DNA from: Elusimicrobiota bacterium
GTDB lineage: Bacteria; Elusimicrobiota; Elusimicrobia; UBA1565
DNA: 64,000 nucleotides
Direction of reading: 5' to 3'
Assembly: GCA_043827405.1 (NCBI GenBank)
Contig: JBDRPD010000105.1
Location: 51,295 to 115,294 of the forward strand
Made by a program: the position numbers and the translations under genes. Positions within the stretch are counted from its first letter, which is position 1; each line of letters begins with the position of its first letter. The notes under the pieces are model-generated. The model saw only the letters and a program-made list of their open reading frames with translations. It had not been told where the DNA came from and made no database searches. Positions 62,811 through 64,000 of the stretch are shown here, one piece after another.

Positions 62811-64000
62811 GTCCCCAGCTGACGGACGCAGCGCGCGCACAGCGCCGGATCCTCCTGCGAGGCGCCGAGATCGGTCCGGAAGCGCCAGCATCGCGGGCAC
62901 TTGGCGCCCGCGGCCTGTTCGACGGTGCAGCCCCCTTCGCTCCCCGCGCGGAGTTCGACTTCCGAGACGATCAGGAGCTCCGCCCAGGTCTCTTCGCCCA
63001 GCTCCTTGAGAAAGGCGAGCTCGGCGCCCGCGGCGGTGATGACGACGCGCGCTTTCAGCGAGGAGCCGATGACCTTCTCCGCGCGTTTTTCCTCCAGGCA
63101 CTTGAAGACCTTTTCGCGTACGGTCAGGATGCGCGTCCAGCGGTCCGCCAGGGAGGCGTCGTTCCAGGCCGCGGGCGCGGGCGCGAGCGCGTGCAGGAAC
63201 ACGCTTTCTTCCAGCCCGCGCTTGCTGCCGCGTTCGCGCAGGCCGCGCCGGAGCTCCTGCCAGACCTCCTCGCAGGTGAAGGAAAGGATCGGCGAGGCCA
63301 GCTTGGTGATGCGCAGGGCGCACTCCCACATGACGGTCTGCGCCGCGCGCCGCGCCGGGTCGTCCGCCTTGAGGGTGTAGAGCGCGTCCTTGCGGGCGTC
63401 GAGGTAGCAGGCCGAAAGCGTCAGGTTGCAGAAGTCGACGAGCGCGGTCGCGGCGCGGCGGAAGGCGAACGCTTCGTAGGCGGCGGCGACGCCTTGCTCC
63501 AGCTCATGGAGCTTCATCAGGATATAGCGCTCAAGCTCGGGCATCGACTCCCGGTCGACCGCGTTCTGTTCGGGGGCGAAGTCGGAGATATTGCCGAGCA
63601 GGTATCTGAAGGTGTTGCGCAGCTTGCGGTAGGTGTCCGTCGGGCCGGCCAGCAGCTTGTCCGAGAGGCGCACGTCGTCGGAGTAGTCGGCCAGCGCCAC
63701 CCATAGCCGCAGGACATCGGCGCCGAGCTCATCGATGACTTTCTGCGGGCTGACGACGTTGCCCAGCGACTTGTGCATGGCCCGGCCCTTATCGTCGAGG
63801 ACGAAGCCATGGGTTAATACCGTCTCATACGGCGCCTTATCCGTGAGCGCCACCGCCATAACAAGCGAGCTCTGAAACCAGCCCCGATGCTGGTCCGAGC
63901 CTTCGAGGTAGAGCTGGCAGGGAATCTCCTCATCGTCAAGAACCGCCAGCCATGAGCCGCCCGAGTCCATCCAGACGTCGAGGATGTCGGTCTCGCGGAT
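62807..64000 (-). CDS. ileS: Isoleucine--tRNA ligase, 5'-truncated by the window edge
   Basis: DILDVWMDSG, YLEGSDQHRGWFQSSL, AMHKSLGN and C-terminal CPRCW...CARC zinc finger. Confidence 0.96.
   Translation of the reverse strand: MRETDILDVWMDSGGSWLAVLDDEEIPCQLYLEGSDQHRGWFQSSLVMAVALTDKAPYETVLTHGFVLDDKGRAMHKSLGNVVSPQKVIDELGADVLRLWVALADYSDDVRLSDKLLAGPTDTYRKLRNTFRYLLGNISDFAPEQNAVDRESMPELERYILMKLHELEQGVAAAYEAFAFRRAATALVDFCNLTLSACYLDARKDALYTLKADDPARRAAQTVMWECALRITKLASPILSFTCEEVWQELRRGLRERGSKRGLEESVFLHALAPAPAAWNDASLADRWTRILTVREKVFKCLEEKRAEKVIGSSLKARVVITAAGAELAFLKELGEETWAELLIVSEVELRAGSEGGCTVEQAAGAKCPRCWRFRTDLGASQEDPALCARCVRQLGT

Noticed and set aside
62811..63329. Long N-terminal extension of lspA
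   Set aside because: Alternate frame inside ileS; LspA homology starts near the ileS stop

Overview
GC-rich bacterial chromosome segment with two parts. (1) About 1-37.3 kb is a dissimilatory sulfate-respiration island: the 3' end of dsrO-dsrP, siroheme synthesis genes (sirC-like, cobA-hemD), aprBA, a SulP permease and a hybrid tmcD-tmcC-tmcB-hmcB-hmcC-hmcD-hmcA operon ending in a 16-heme cytochrome. It also holds two more NarI-like/CCG-domain (DsrMK/TmcCB-like) modules wired to Cys-rich PAS histidine kinases and output-less receivers, one receiver being fused directly to the Fe-S enzyme. Each of the three redox modules is headed by an HTH regulator carrying the same 7-Cys pattern. A lower-GC block (LysR, TerB pair, GreA-CTD, pilin, CPA2 antiporter) interrupts the island at about 1.5-7 kb. 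(2) About 37.5-64 kb is housekeeping: tRNA-Leu, secG, pgk, gap, a TPR-ExbB-ExbD-ExbD-TonB operon, thrS, tRNA-Val, an RluA-family gene, queF, rlmD, lspA and ileS. This part also has a 28-aa lysine-rich microprotein and intact but catalytically degenerate KorAB-like and P1B-ATPase genes. The pilin and orphan secreted proteins hint at an Elusimicrobiota-like host (inference only). No CRISPR array, rRNA or mobile element was seen. All family assignments come from motif recognition by eye, not from database searches.
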